DNA of 64,000 nucleotides from an uncultured delta proteobacterium (GCA_903911145.1 CAIWCD010000007.1:62001-126000); one strand, 5' to 3'; positions 39,349 through 50,014 are shown, numbered from the stretch's first letter. Made by a program: numbers and translations. Notes: a model not told the origin generated them from the letters alone.

Positions 39349-40415
39349 CGCTCGTTGCTCCGGCGCAGCGCGAGGCCCACGCCCACAGCGGCCGACAGGG
39401 CCACTTCGAGAATGTAGTTGGGATCGAAGCGACGGTTGTCGATCTCGATCGACTTGAACGGATTGAGGATCTCGACGGGAACGCCGACGCGCTGCTCGAT
39501 GACCTTGAAGAGCGCCGGGATCTTCGCCGTGCCGCCTGCGAGGTAGAGCCGCGCGATGTGGCTGTCGGCCGCCGTCGCGGTGTAGAAATCGAGGCTGCGC
39601 TGGATCTCGCCGGCCATCTGATCGGCGACACCCTGGATCACGCGCTCGACCTCCTGCGGAATCACCGAGTCCGCGTCGCGAGCTGCGTCGCCGCCGACCT
39701 TCAGCTTCTCCGCCTCGTCATACGAGACGTTGAGCTGCTTCTGAATCTCCTCGGTGAACTGGTTGCCACCCATCGTCACATCGCGCGTGAAGGTGGTCAG
39801 GCCGTTCGCGAGCACATTGATGTTGCAGACCGAGGCGCCCGCATTCACGAGGACGACCGTCTCTGCCTTCGAGAGCTGGTAGTTGATCTCGAACGCGTTC
39901 TGCACTGCGAAGGCATCCACATCCACGACCACGGGCGTCAGGCCCGCCTCGGCCACGACCGAGGTGTAGTCGTTGATCATGTCCTTCTTGGCCGCGACGA
40001 GCAGCACGTCCATCTGACCAGTGCCTGTGTCCGACTCGGGCCCGGTGAGGATCTGCACGTCGATGTTCACGTCCTTGACATCGAACGGGATGTACTGAGC
40101 CGCCTCCCACTGGATGCTCTCCTCGAGCTCCTCCTGGGTCATGCGGGGCATGGAAATCTTCTTGATGATGACCGAGTGGCCGGAGACGCCGATCGCGACC
40201 TCACGGTTCTTCAGCTTGAACTGGCCGACGAGGTGCTTGATTGCCTCGACAATCGCGGTCGAGTTCATCAACGCGCCATCGACAATGGCCTCGGGAGGAA
40301 GCTGCGCGACACCGAACGCTTCAAGCGCAAACGAACGCTTGTTCTCTCGCAACTGGACGAGCTTCACCGACGATGAGCCGATGTCGAGCCCGAGGGCGAG
40401 CCTGCTTTTTGCCAC
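39345..40415 (-). CDS. pilM: Type IV pilus assembly protein PilM
   Basis: GLDIGSSSVK, YIPF, VLLVAAKK, EIQRSLDFY, LAGGTA, GLALR; GTG start 7 nt after GGGAG. Confidence 0.95.
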   Translation of the reverse strand: MAKSRLALGLDIGSSSVKLVQLRENKRSFALEAFGVAQLPPEAIVDGALMNSTAIVEAIKHLVGQFKLKNREVAIGVSGHSVIIKKISMPRMTQEELEESIQWEAAQYIPFDVKDVNIDVQILTGPESDTGTGQMDVLLVAAKKDMINDYTSVVAEAGLTPVVVDVDAFAVQNAFEINYQLSKAETVVLVNAGASVCNINVLANGLTTFTRDVTMGGNQFTEEIQKQLNVSYDEAEKLKVGGDAARDADSVIPQEVERVIQGVADQMAGEIQRSLDFYTATAADSHIARLYLAGGTAKIPALFKVIEQRVGVPVEILNPFKSIEIDNRRFDPNYILEVALSAAVGVGLALRRSNER

Positions 40416-40610
40416 GGCCACACTCCCACGAGGGCGCTTGAATCGGCCCCCAGACATCGGCCCGTTTCGAAGGAAACGGGGTTCTCCCTAAGACGTTGGT
40501 GACGCTATCACTGTCCAGAATCTCGACAAAAAAAATGGCAGCGCATGCCTTGCATTCACCTGACGACGTAGCGGACCGGACGTCATAGCGCAAAACTGCG
40601 GAATGGAGAA

Positions 40611-41981
40611 CTATTCCAATCCATAGTCGCGAATCTTATAGAGCAGCGCGCGAGGGGAGAGCTCGAGAAGCTCGGCGGCGCGGCTGCGATTGCCGCTCGT
40701 CTGGACGAGTGCGCGGCGGATCAGATCGGCCTCGACAGCACGCGCTGCGCGCTTCACGCTGAGGTCGCCTTCGATGAGCGGCGGCGGCTGGTGGCCGGCG
40801 GGAGCATCCTGCGCGATCGATTCGGGGAGCGCGTCGATCTCGATCTGCTCGTCGTCGCTCATCACCAGCGCACGCTCGAGAGCGTTTTCCAGCTCGCGCA
40901 CGTTGCCGGGCCAGCGGTAGCGAACCAGGCGCTCAAGCGCCGGTGCGGAAAGCGGGCGGGCGCGGACGCCAAGCCGCTGCGCGTGTCGCTCGATGAATCG
41001 CGCTGCGAGCTGCGCGATCTCCTCGGGTCGCTCGCGCAGAGGCGGGAGGTGGATGGCAACGACGTTGAGCCGGTAGAAGAGATCCTCGCGGAAGCGGCCC
41101 TGCGCGACAGCCTCCTTGAGATCGACGTGGGTCGCGGCGAGCACCCGCACATCGACCTTCACTCCGCGGCTCTCGCCGACGCGGCGGATCTCTCCTTCCT
41201 GCAGGACGCGAAGCAGCGAGACCTGCAAGGAAGGAGGAAGGTCGCCGATCTCGTCGAGCAGGAGCGTGCCGCCGTCCGCCTCCTCGAAGAGGCCGCGCCG
41301 TGCGCTCTGCGCTCCCGTGAACGCTCCCTTTGCGTGACCGAACAGCTCGCTCTCGATGAGCGCAGCCGGGAGCGATGCACAATTGATGGCGACGAACTGA
41401 CGGTCGGCGCGCTGTGAGAGCTGGTGGAGCGCGCGGGCAATGCGCTCCTTGCCGGTGCCGCTCTCTCCCGTGATCAGCATCGTCGCCTTGGTGGGCGCGG
41501 CCTTCTGCACGATGCGCATCACTTCGCGCATCGCCGCACCCGTCGCGACGAGCTCGCTGCCGACGCGCGAACCTTCGAGCTCCCGCCGCAGCAGCCGGTT
41601 CTGCGCACGCAGCCGCTCCCGCTCCTCGGCCTTGCGCAGCACGAGCAGGACCTCGTCGGGTCGGAACGGCTTGCCGAGATAATCGTAGGCGCCCGCCTTC
41701 ATCGCCTCGATCGCCAGCTCCTGGGAGCCGTACGCGCTCATGACGATGATGGTCAGCTCGGGAGCGATCGCGAGCGCGCGCGGCACCAGCTCAAGTCCGC
41801 TCATCTTCGGCATGCGCACGTCGGTCACCAGCGCGTCGTAATCGCGAGCGGCCAGCTCTTGCAACGCCTCCTCTCCATTCGACACCGCGCGCACCTCGTA
41901 GCCGCGATCGGAGAGAAGAATGGTGAGGACGTGGCGGATCGACTCTTCATCATCGGCGATGAGGATCGAACGCAAGGACAT
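40611..41981 (-). CDS. Sigma-54-dependent response regulator (NtrC type, PilR2-like by position)
   Basis: REC domain (DDE, DVRMP, KPF), [23 protein letters not shown], Fis-type HTH. Confidence 0.92.
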   Translation of the reverse strand: MSLRSILIADDEESIRHVLTILLSDRGYEVRAVSNGEEALQELAARDYDALVTDVRMPKMSGLELVPRALAIAPELTIIVMSAYGSQELAIEAMKAGAYDYLGKPFRPDEVLLVLRKAEERERLRAQNRLLRRELEGSRVGSELVATGAAMREVMRIVQKAAPTKATMLITGESGTGKERIARALHQLSQRADRQFVAINCASLPAALIESELFGHAKGAFTGAQSARRGLFEEADGGTLLLDEIGDLPPSLQVSLLRVLQEGEIRRVGESRGVKVDVRVLAATHVDLKEAVAQGRFREDLFYRLNVVAIHLPPLRERPEEIAQLAARFIERHAQRLGVRARPLSAPALERLVRYRWPGNVRELENALERALVMSDDEQIEIDALPESIAQDAPAGHQPPPLIEGDLSVKRAARAVEADLIRRALVQTSGNRSRAAELLELSPRALLYKIRDYGLE

Positions 41982-41987
41982 GGATGA

Positions 41988-42830
41988 TCACGCTCCCCAG
42001 TGCAGCTTCGCGCGAAGGATGCTGAAGGGATCGACGTCGGGATTTCCCACGAGCAGCGTGCGGTGGGGCGCGAGTGTCGCGCGCACGACGTCTCCGCGGC
42101 GCAACTCGCAGCCGCGCGTTCCATCGACGGAGAGGAACATTTCCGCATCGCCTGCGAGAAAGATCTCGATCGGCATCGAGGCCGGCAGCACGAGCGGCCG
42201 CTGCGTGAGCGAGTGGGGACAGATCGGCGTGAGCAGCACCGCCTCGAGCGTCGGATAGACGATTGGGCCGCCCGCCGAGAGCGAATAGGCAGTCGAACCG
42301 GTCGGCGTCGCGACGATCAGCCCGTCGGCCTCGTACTCTGCCGCGAGCCGTCCACCCACTGAAGCGGTCAGCCGCGTCAAGCGCGCAAGGTCTCCTTTCG
42401 AGATCACCGCGTCGTTGAGCGCGAACCCCTTCTGCACCACCTGATCGCCCCGCCGCACCTCGAGCGCGAGCATCGAGCGGCGGCTCACGGGAAGCTCGCC
42501 CGACAGAGCGCGCGCGACCATCTCGGCGGCCCGTTCGCGCGGCGCTTCGGTGAGGTATCCGAGCGTGCCGAGATTGACGCCGAGAATGGGCACCTCGCGT
42601 CCCGCGCAGAGTCCGGCAGCGTGCAGCAGCGTGCCGTCGCCGCCGAGGACGACGAAGAGATCGGCGCGCTGGCCCAGTTCAAGACCCCGCGCGTTCGGCA
42701 GATCGGGAAGGCCGGTGCCCTCTTCGATCAACGGACAATGTCCCTGCCGCTGCAGCTCGATTGCGAGGAGGCGGCAGAGCGCGACGGCCTGGGCGTTGCC
42801 GAGCTTGGGGACGAGGGCGATGGTGCGCAT
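41988..42830 (-). CDS. nadK: NAD+ kinase
   Basis: GGDGT, GVNLGTLGYL, ALND, DGLIVATPTGSTAYSLSAGG. Confidence 0.95.
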   Translation of the reverse strand: MRTIALVPKLGNAQAVALCRLLAIELQRQGHCPLIEEGTGLPDLPNARGLELGQRADLFVVLGGDGTLLHAAGLCAGREVPILGVNLGTLGYLTEAPRERAAEMVARALSGELPVSRRSMLALEVRRGDQVVQKGFALNDAVISKGDLARLTRLTASVGGRLAAEYEADGLIVATPTGSTAYSLSAGGPIVYPTLEAVLLTPICPHSLTQRPLVLPASMPIEIFLAGDAEMFLSVDGTRGCELRRGDVVRATLAPHRTLLVGNPDVDPFSILRAKLHWGA

Positions 42831-42895
42831 CGCCGCGCAGGCTACAGGAAGAGCGAGGCGGGCGCGCGCGCAGATCGATCCTATAGTCGCAGACC

Positions 42896-44326
42896 ATGTC
42901 GCTCGATCTCTTTGAAGCCGCCGCCGAGCGGGACCTGTCGAACAAGCCGCTCGCGGAGAGGATGAGGCCGCGCACGCTCGACGAGGTGGTCGGCCAGGAG
43001 CATGTGCTCGGGCCGGGGACGCTGTTGCGCCGCGCGATCGAAGCCGACCACGTTCCGTCTCTGCTCCTCTGGGGACCGCCCGGATGCGGAAAGACGACGC
43101 TCGCGCAGGTGGTCGCGGCGGCAACGAAGTCGGAGCTCGTCCAGCTCTCGGCCACCGAGGCGGGAATCAAGGACATCCGCGAGGTGGTCGCGCGCGCGAA
43201 GGAGCTACGGGCGCACCAGCACAAGCGCACGCTGCTCTTCATCGACGAGATCCACCGCTTCAACAAGGGGCAGCAGGATGCCCTCCTCCCTCACGTCGAA
43301 CGCGGCGTGATCACGCTGCTCGGCGCGACGACGGAAAACCCGAGCTTCGAGGTGAACGCGGCGCTTCTTTCGCGCACGCGCGTCTTCGCGCTTCGCCCTC
43401 TCGAAGAGACCGATCTGCACGCCCTGATGATGCGCGCGCTCATCGACAAGACGCGTGGGCTCGGCGAAATGGGCCTCGTCGCGTCGCCGGATTTTCTCGA
43501 TCACGTCGCCCGCCACGCGAGTGGAGATGGACGGCGTGCGCTCGGTGCGCTCGAGGTGGCGGCCGCGCGCGCGCAATCCGAGGGGCGCGGCAAGCTCACG
43601 GTCGAGGACGCCGAAGAGGCGCTGCAGCAGAAGACGCTCCTCTACGACAAGGGCGGCGACGCGCACTACGACACCGTCTCGGCGTTCATCAAGTCGATGC
43701 GAGGCAGCGATCCCGACGCGGCGATCTACTACCTCGTGCGCATGCTCGAGTCGGGAGAGGAGCCGCGCTTTCTCCTGCGCCGGATGGTCATCTTTGCGAG
43801 CGAGGACATCGGAAATGCCGAGCCGCGGGCGCTCTCGGTCGCGGTCGATGCGCTGCGCGCCTTCGAGCTCATGGGGCTCCCTGAGGGGGTGCTGCCGATG
43901 ACGCAGGCAGCGGCGTTTCTTGCGACCTGCCCGAAGAGCAACGCGGTGATCAAGGCCTACGGAGCCGCGCGCGCGGCAGTGAACGAGCATGGCCCCCTGC
44001 CCGTCCCGATGAAGCTGCGCAACGCGCCGACCGCGATGATGAAGTCGATGGGTTACTCGGGCGGATACAAGTATCCGCACAACTTCGAGGGGAACTACGT
44101 CGCCGAGGAGTATCTGCCCGACAAACTGCGGGGCGCGCGCTTCTACCAACCGGGAGTGAGCGGCGAGGAGAGGGTGATTGGCGAGAGGATGAATGCGGCG
44201 AGGGAAGAAGTGGAGCGCGCCCGCGCCGCGCAGGCTGACCCGACCACTGCGAACGAGCGAGAGAGAAAGCCTGGGCCGAGTTCGGGAGAACTGCACGCGG
44301 CGCTGCACAAGAAGAAGGAAGGCTGA
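42896..44326 (+). CDS. rarA: Replication-associated recombination protein A
   Basis: PLAERMRP, WGPPGCGKTT, DEIHRFNK, ATTENPSF, SAFIKSMRGSD, ASEDIGNA. Confidence 0.96.
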   Translation: MSLDLFEAAAERDLSNKPLAERMRPRTLDEVVGQEHVLGPGTLLRRAIEADHVPSLLLWGPPGCGKTTLAQVVAAATKSELVQLSATEAGIKDIREVVARAKELRAHQHKRTLLFIDEIHRFNKGQQDALLPHVERGVITLLGATTENPSFEVNAALLSRTRVFALRPLEETDLHALMMRALIDKTRGLGEMGLVASPDFLDHVARHASGDGRRALGALEVAAARAQSEGRGKLTVEDAEEALQQKTLLYDKGGDAHYDTVSAFIKSMRGSDPDAAIYYLVRMLESGEEPRFLLRRMVIFASEDIGNAEPRALSVAVDALRAFELMGLPEGVLPMTQAAAFLATCPKSNAVIKAYGAARAAVNEHGPLPVPMKLRNAPTAMMKSMGYSGGYKYPHNFEGNYVAEEYLPDKLRGARFYQPGVSGEERVIGERMNAAREEVERARAAQADPTTANERERKPGPSSGELHAALHKKKEG

Positions 44327-44407
44327 AGCACAGGCGCCGATCCCACGATGGCGGCCTGAGTTCAAGACTGCACCTGCGCGCGCGGCGATGGTAATGCGCC
44401 CACTCCC

Positions 44408-46927
44408 GTGGCCATCGACCTCTCCCTCCTCAATCCGCAGCAGCGCGCCGCCGTCATTCAGACGGAAGGGCCGCTCCTCGTGCTCGCGGGAGCAGGCTCG
44501 GGCAAGACGCGCGTGATCGCGCATCGCGTGGTTCACTTGATGGACAAGGGTGTCTCGCCGCGCGCGATTCTCGCGGTGACCTTCACCAACAAGGCCGCAG
44601 CAGAGATGAAGGAGCGCATCGTCAAGCTGGCCGCGGATGGCGACGCGAAGGCCGGTGCGCAGCGGTGCCGCGGACTCACCGTCAGCACGTTCCACGCGTT
44701 CGGCGTGCGCGTGCTGCGCAAGGAGCATCACCACCTCGAGCTGCCGGCGAAATTCGCTATCTTCGACTCCGGCGATCAGGCCTCGTTGGTGAAACGGCTC
44801 CTGCGCGACATCAATGTGGAGGATCGCCGCTTCGATGTTCCGCGGCTCGTCTCGACGCTGAGCCGGCGGCGCACGGGGGGTGGCAAGAAGCAGATTCTCA
44901 CGCCGACGTCGCCCGACGATGGCGACGCGCTCGCGCACGGACAGGACCCGGAATACGAGCTGCTCTGCGACGAGCTGTTGCCGCGCTACGAATTGGGCCT
45001 CAAGGCGATGGGCGCCGTCGACTTCGACGATCTGCTCCTCTTGCCGCTCAAGCTGTTCAAGACCAATCCGGCGGTGCTCGCGCAGTACCAGAGTCGCTTC
45101 CGCTATCTGCTCGTCGACGAATACCAGGACACAAACCAGACGCAGCTGGAGCTGCTCGAGCTGCTTGCGGGGATGCGAAGAAACCTCTGCGTCGTCGGCG
45201 ATGACGACCAGAGCATCTACGCGTGGCGCGGCGCGCAGGTGGAGAACATCCTCTCGTTCGACAAGCGCTTCCCTGGCTCGGTCGAGATCTTCCTCGAGCA
45301 GAACTACCGCTCGACGAGTGCGGTGCTCGACGCGGCGAACGCGGTGATTGGCAAGAACAGCGAGCGCAAGAAGAAGAAGCTCTGGACCGATCGGGGTCGC
45401 GGCTCGAACATCCGCCTCGTCGTCGCGCCCGATGATGAAGGCGAGGCGAGGTGGGTCGCGGACGAGATCGTGCGGCTCTCCTTCGAGGAGAAGATTCCGC
45501 GGCACGAGATCGCGGTGCTCTATCGGACCAACGCGCAGGCCAAGCCGCTCGAGGAGACGCTGCGGCTCGCGGGCGTTCCCTATCGTGTCGTCGGCGGGAC
45601 GAGCCTCTTCGATCGCAAGGAGGTGCGCGACCTGCTCGCGTACCTGCGCGCCGCGATGAATCCGCGCGACGAGGTGAGTCTCCTGCGCATCATCAATGTG
45701 CCGGCCCGGGGCATCGGAGATCAGACCGTCGCGAAGGCGCAGGAGCTTGCGCGCAAGAAGAAGCTGCCGCTGTTCGAAATCCTCCGGCGCGCGGATCACC
45801 ACGCTGAACTCGAGCAGGCGCACGAGCGGGTGCTGGCCTTTTCGCGCATCGTCGAGAAGTACGGGCCGCGCCTGTCGCGCGCCGGGTTCGCGAGTGCCGC
45901 GCGCGCGTTGGTCGAGGAGGTCGGGCTCTTCGATGAGGCCAAGCGGGGCGCGCAGAGCCTTCCCGCCCAGGCGCGGCGCATCGAGGCGGTGGAGGGCCTG
46001 CTGCGGCAGCTCTCGGAGTACGAGAAGCGGCAGGAGATGAAGGCGGCCGAGCGAAGGCTCGAGCTTGCAGGCGCCGCACAAGGAGACGCTCTGCCCGAGG
46101 ACGAGAGCGATGCACCTGAGCCCACGACTGCTCTCGACCCGCAGCCGCGTGACAGTTTGACAAATGATGTCTCGGTGTCACACGCTCCGAGCGTCGAGGT
46201 TCCGCAGAGCGACGAGGATGCTGTCGAGCTTGCCCCGGAGGCGATCGCGGCAGTCCAGCTGGCCTGGGATGCGCTGGCGGCACCGAGCGCGCGCGAGTCA
46301 GGATCGATCGCGTCGTTTCTCCGCGGGCCGCCCGAGACGAAACCGAGCGAGCCTGTGCCCCGCGAGATGACCACGCGCGACATCGGCGAGGCGATGCGCG
46401 AGGACACCGAGATTGACGAGGAGCTTGCGGCAGGGCTCTCGGGATATCTCTCGCGGCTCGCACTCGACCAGCGCGAGGCCGCCGAGGAGGGTGGCGATGC
46501 GGTGACCTTGATGACGCTCCACGGCGCCAAGGGGCTCGAGTGGCGCGCCGTCATCCTCTGCGGTCTCGAGGAGGGGCTCCTGCCCCACTCGGGCAAAGGG
46601 TTCGACGACGGCGGCGATGGCCCGCAGGCCGACGGCGTGCTCAACCTCGACGAGGAGCGGCGGCTCACCTACGTCGGCATCACGCGCGCCCGAGAGAAGC
46701 TCGCCATCACCCGCTGCCGCGAGCGAATCAAGAGAGGCAAGCCGCAGCCGCGCACGCCCAGCCGCTTCCTCGAGGATCTGCCGCTCGAGCTGCTCGACGT
46801 GATCGACGTCGCCGGTCCGCAGCCCGAGGGCACCGAAGAGGTGAAGCAGCAGAAGGCGACGAACTTCTTCGCGGCGATGCAGGCCCTGCTGTCGACGAGC
46901 GAAGAGAAGCCGCCATCAGCAAAGTAA
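44408..46927 (+). CDS. UvrD/Rep/PcrA family SF1 DNA helicase
   Basis: AGAGSGKT, VDEYQDTN, VGDDDQSIYAWRG, LEQNYRS, LYRTN, TLHGAKGLE, EERRLTYVGITRA; acidic insertion of about 130 aa. Confidence 0.95.
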   Translation: MAIDLSLLNPQQRAAVIQTEGPLLVLAGAGSGKTRVIAHRVVHLMDKGVSPRAILAVTFTNKAAAEMKERIVKLAADGDAKAGAQRCRGLTVSTFHAFGVRVLRKEHHHLELPAKFAIFDSGDQASLVKRLLRDINVEDRRFDVPRLVSTLSRRRTGGGKKQILTPTSPDDGDALAHGQDPEYELLCDELLPRYELGLKAMGAVDFDDLLLLPLKLFKTNPAVLAQYQSRFRYLLVDEYQDTNQTQLELLELLAGMRRNLCVVGDDDQSIYAWRGAQVENILSFDKRFPGSVEIFLEQNYRSTSAVLDAANAVIGKNSERKKKKLWTDRGRGSNIRLVVAPDDEGEARWVADEIVRLSFEEKIPRHEIAVLYRTNAQAKPLEETLRLAGVPYRVVGGTSLFDRKEVRDLLAYLRAAMNPRDEVSLLRIINVPARGIGDQTVAKAQELARKKKLPLFEILRRADHHAELEQAHERVLAFSRIVEKYGPRLSRAGFASAARALVEEVGLFDEAKRGAQSLPAQARRIEAVEGLLRQLSEYEKRQEMKAAERRLELAGAAQGDALPEDESDAPEPTTALDPQPRDSLTNDVSVSHAPSVEVPQSDEDAVELAPEAIAAVQLAWDALAAPSARESGSIASFLRGPPETKPSEPVPREMTTRDIGEAMREDTEIDEELAAGLSGYLSRLALDQREAAEEGGDAVTLMTLHGAKGLEWRAVILCGLEEGLLPHSGKGFDDGGDGPQADGVLNLDEERRLTYVGITRAREKLAITRCRERIKRGKPQPRTPSRFLEDLPLELLDVIDVAGPQPEGTEEVKQQKATNFFAAMQALLSTSEEKPPSAK

Positions 46928-46937
46928 CGCGCATCTG

Positions 46938-46966
46938 TTGACACCCACAGGCAGATCGCATAGATC
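46938..46966 (+). promoter_or_regulatory. Probable sigma70 promoter of rplM-rpsI
   Basis: TTGACA-N17-TAGATC followed by a GC-rich discriminator-like stretch. Confidence 0.5.
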
Positions 46967-47036
46967 CCGCCGCCCCTTGTTTTCGGCCACTCTGGCGCTG
47001 CAGGGGAAATCTTACGAATTCTGCTCTGGAGCAGCG

Positions 47037-47474
47037 ATGAAGACCGCAATGGCAAGCCGAGAGACCGCCGACCGCAAGTGGGTGGTCATCGACGTGAACG
47101 ATAAGGTGTTGGGGCGCGCCGCGACCCAGATCGCCAGCATTCTGCGCGGCAAGCACAAGACCTCGTTCACGCCCCACGCTGACTGCGGTGACTTCGTCGT
47201 CGTCGTCAACGCGGAGAAGGTCAAGCTGACCGGCAAGAAGTGGGCGGACAAGCTCTACCGACACCACACCCAGTTCCCGGGCGGCCTCAAGACGTTCACG
47301 GCGCAGCAGGCCGTTGCGCGTGAGCCGACCCGCCTTGTCGAGGACGCCGTGCGCCGCATGCTTCCGCGCACCGTGCTCGGCCGCGAACTGATGCGCAAGC
47401 TCAAGGTGTACGCGGGAGAGCAGCACCCGCACGCCGCGCAGCAGCCGCAGACGATCGTGGCGAAGGACGCCTAG
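47037..47474 (+). CDS. rplM: 50S ribosomal protein L13
   Basis: KWVVID...LGR.ATQIASILRGKHK, TPHADCGD, KLKVYAG..HPHAAQQP. Confidence 0.98.
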   Translation: MKTAMASRETADRKWVVIDVNDKVLGRAATQIASILRGKHKTSFTPHADCGDFVVVVNAEKVKLTGKKWADKLYRHHTQFPGGLKTFTAQQAVAREPTRLVEDAVRRMLPRTVLGRELMRKLKVYAGEQHPHAAQQPQTIVAKDA

Positions 47475-47565
47475 ATTTTTCCGCTCGGCTCTTCGCCGTG
47501 CGATTGACTTGAATCCCGGCGCTCTCCGTGGGCGCCAGCAATGAAGCTTCAGGAAGGAAGCAAAG

Positions 47566-47961
47566 ATGGCCAAGGAACTGCTCGTCACCGCCACTGGACG
47601 CCGCAAGGAATCGATCGCTCGCGTGCGTCTCAAGCCGGGCACCGGCGAGTTCGCCGTCAACGATCGCACGCTCGATGAGTACTTCGGGCGCGCCACCAGC
47701 AAGATGGTCTTGAAGCAGCCGCTCGAGGTTGTCGAGCAGCTCGGCAAGGTCGACATCTCGATCAACGTCTGCGGCGGCGGGCTCTCGGGCCAGGCCGGCG
47801 CGATCCGCCACGGCATCAGCCGCGCGCTGATCAAGCTGAACGTCGAGTGGCGCCCTGCGCTCAAGAAGGCCGGCTTCCTGACCCGTGACTCGCGCTCTGT
47901 CGAGCGCAAGAAGTACGGCCAGCCGGGCGCGCGCAAGCGGTTCCAGTTCAGCAAGCGCTAA
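47566..47961 (+). CDS. rpsI: 30S ribosomal protein S9
   Basis: [37 protein letters not shown]. Confidence 0.98.
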   Translation: MAKELLVTATGRRKESIARVRLKPGTGEFAVNDRTLDEYFGRATSKMVLKQPLEVVEQLGKVDISINVCGGGLSGQAGAIRHGISRALIKLNVEWRPALKKAGFLTRDSRSVERKKYGQPGARKRFQFSKR

Positions 47962-48010
47962 GCCGGACAAGGCGTGGCCGCTTCGCGGCCCGCTTACAAT
48001 TCGAGTTCGC

Positions 48011-48050
48011 CAAAGGCCCTGCCGGCATCCCGGTGGGGCCTTTGTGTATT
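48011..48050 (+). terminator. Intrinsic terminator after rpsI
   Basis: CAAAGGCCCTGCCGG-CATC-CCGGTGGGGCCTTTG hairpin followed by a T-rich tail. Confidence 0.7.
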
Positions 48051-48182
48051 CTGCACACGATCCTTCGTGTCATTCCTACACGAAGCGTCGCAGTGCACGG
48101 TCTCGCAATCGCGCTTGGGAGGCACGCCGCGACCTGCTACGGTCCGCGCCATGATCCACTCGCTGCGGCGGTCGAGGAATCG

Positions 48183-49490
48183 ATGGAACTGAACGAGATT
48201 CTCGGCGTCGCGCTCCGCGGCGGTGCCTCCGACATCCATTTGAAGGCGGGCCTTCCGCCGATGTTCCGCGTCGACGGCTCGCTGGTGCCGCTCAAGGATG
48301 CGCGCCGCTTGCCGCCCGAAGAGATCGGCCGCATGGCGTTCGGGATCATGAACGACTACCAGAAGGAGAAGTTCAAGGCGCAGAACGAGCTCGACCTCGC
48401 GTATGGCGTGCCCGGCCTGGGGCGCTTCCGCGTCAACGTCTTCCAGCAGCGCGGCACCATCGGCGTCGTGCTGCGCGTGATCCCGTTCAAGATCTCGACC
48501 ATCGAGCAGCTGATGCTGCCCAAGGTCCTCGAGAAGATCGCCGGAGAGCAGCGCGGGCTCATCCTCGTCACCGGCACCACGGGCTCGGGCAAGAGCACCA
48601 CGCTCGCCGCGATGATCGATCACATCAACACCAACGAGACCTGCCACATCATGACGATTGAGGATCCGATCGAGTTCCTCATTCGAGACAAGCGCAGCAT
48701 CGTCAACCAGCGCGAGGTCGGCGTCGACACGCTCTCGTTTGCGCACGCACTCAAGAGCTCGCTGCGGCAGGACCCCGACGTGATTCTCGTCGGCGAAATG
48801 CGCGACCTTGAGACGATCGAGACCGCGCTGGCGGCGGCTGAGACGGGACATCTCGTGCTCTCGACGCTGCACACTCTCGACGCCACCGAGTCGATCGCGC
48901 GCATCGTCTCCGCGTTCCCGCCGCACCAGCAGAAGCAGGTCCGCCTCCAGCTCGGCTCGGTGCTCAAGTCGGTCATCTCGCAGCGGCTCGTGCCCAAGGC
49001 CGACGGCAAGGGTCGCGTCGCGGCGATCGAAGTGCTCGTCTGCAACGGCCGCGTGCGCGAAATGATCGAGGACAAAGATCGCACCAAGGAAATCGCAGGC
49101 GCGATCTCGCAGAGCTACACGACCTACGGCATGCAGACGTTCGATCAGTCGCTGATGGGCCTGCTCAAGCAGAACCTCATCACCTACGACGAGGCGCTGC
49201 GGCAATCGACGAATCCGGACGACTTCGCGCTGCGCGTGTCGGGCATCAGCGCGACGAGCGATTCCAGCTGGGACAGCTTCGAGCAGAAGACCGAGCCGGT
49301 CGCGCCCCCTCCGCCGTCGGGTGCGAGCAAACCCACGCTGGGCGCGGTCGGGAGCTCGAAGACCTCGGGACCAGGCAAGCCTCCATCCTCTCCGCCACAC
49401 CCGGCGACTGCGCCTCGCGTGCCCTCGTCCCCGGGCGTGAAACAGGCGCCGCCCGAGAGCGACGACGACTTCAAGATCGAGCGGTTCTAG
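48183..49490 (+). CDS. pilT: PilT/PilU-family type IV pilus retraction ATPase paralog
   Basis: ASDIHL, GRFRVNVF, GTTGSGKSTT, TIEDPIE, LRQDPDVILVGEMRD, AETGHLV.STLHT, GMQTFDQ; Pro-rich C-terminal tail. Confidence 0.93.
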   Translation: MELNEILGVALRGGASDIHLKAGLPPMFRVDGSLVPLKDARRLPPEEIGRMAFGIMNDYQKEKFKAQNELDLAYGVPGLGRFRVNVFQQRGTIGVVLRVIPFKISTIEQLMLPKVLEKIAGEQRGLILVTGTTGSGKSTTLAAMIDHINTNETCHIMTIEDPIEFLIRDKRSIVNQREVGVDTLSFAHALKSSLRQDPDVILVGEMRDLETIETALAAAETGHLVLSTLHTLDATESIARIVSAFPPHQQKQVRLQLGSVLKSVISQRLVPKADGKGRVAAIEVLVCNGRVREMIEDKDRTKEIAGAISQSYTTYGMQTFDQSLMGLLKQNLITYDEALRQSTNPDDFALRVSGISATSDSSWDSFEQKTEPVAPPPPSGASKPTLGAVGSSKTSGPGKPPSSPPHPATAPRVPSSPGVKQAPPESDDDFKIERF

Positions 49491-50014
49491 TGCCCCGAGC
49501 AGCGAAGAGTCCGCGGCCCGAACCGACACCCGTCGAGCGTGCGCTCCGGCTGCTCGCGTTCCGTGCGCGCACGGAGCACGAGCTCGATCAGGCGCTCGCC
49601 CGCGCGAAAGTCACGCCCGCCGACAGAGCCGCGGCGCTGGCGCGGATGCGCGAACTCGGGTACATCGACGACCCCTCGCTGGCCCAGGCTCGCGCACGAC
49701 AGAGGCTCAGCAAGGGAGACGCTCCGCGGATGATCGCGCAGCGGCTTTTGCAGCAAGGAGTCGCAGCGGAAGAGGCGCACGCGGCGGCGAAGCAGGCCAC
49801 CGCAGGAGCCTCCGAGGACGAGCTGGCGGTGCAGGCGCTCGCGAGGCGGCTGCGCGGACGGCCCGTGAAGGACGAGAAGGAGCGCAGGCGGCTTTTGCGC
49901 GCGTTGATGCAGCACGGTCATCGCGCCTCGTCGGCAGTGAAGGCTTTGCGGTTGGCGATGGACGGCGCCGAGGTCGAGAGCGCAGAGGTGGACGCAGATG
50001 TCGATGTCGAGTGA
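49490..50014 (+). CDS. recX: Regulatory protein RecX
   Basis: ALRLLAFRARTEHEL, ELGYIDD, RLLQQGV. Confidence 0.85.
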   Translation: MPRAAKSPRPEPTPVERALRLLAFRARTEHELDQALARAKVTPADRAAALARMRELGYIDDPSLAQARARQRLSKGDAPRMIAQRLLQQGVAAEEAHAAAKQATAGASEDELAVQALARRLRGRPVKDEKERRRLLRALMQHGHRASSAVKALRLAMDGAEVESAEVDADVDVE

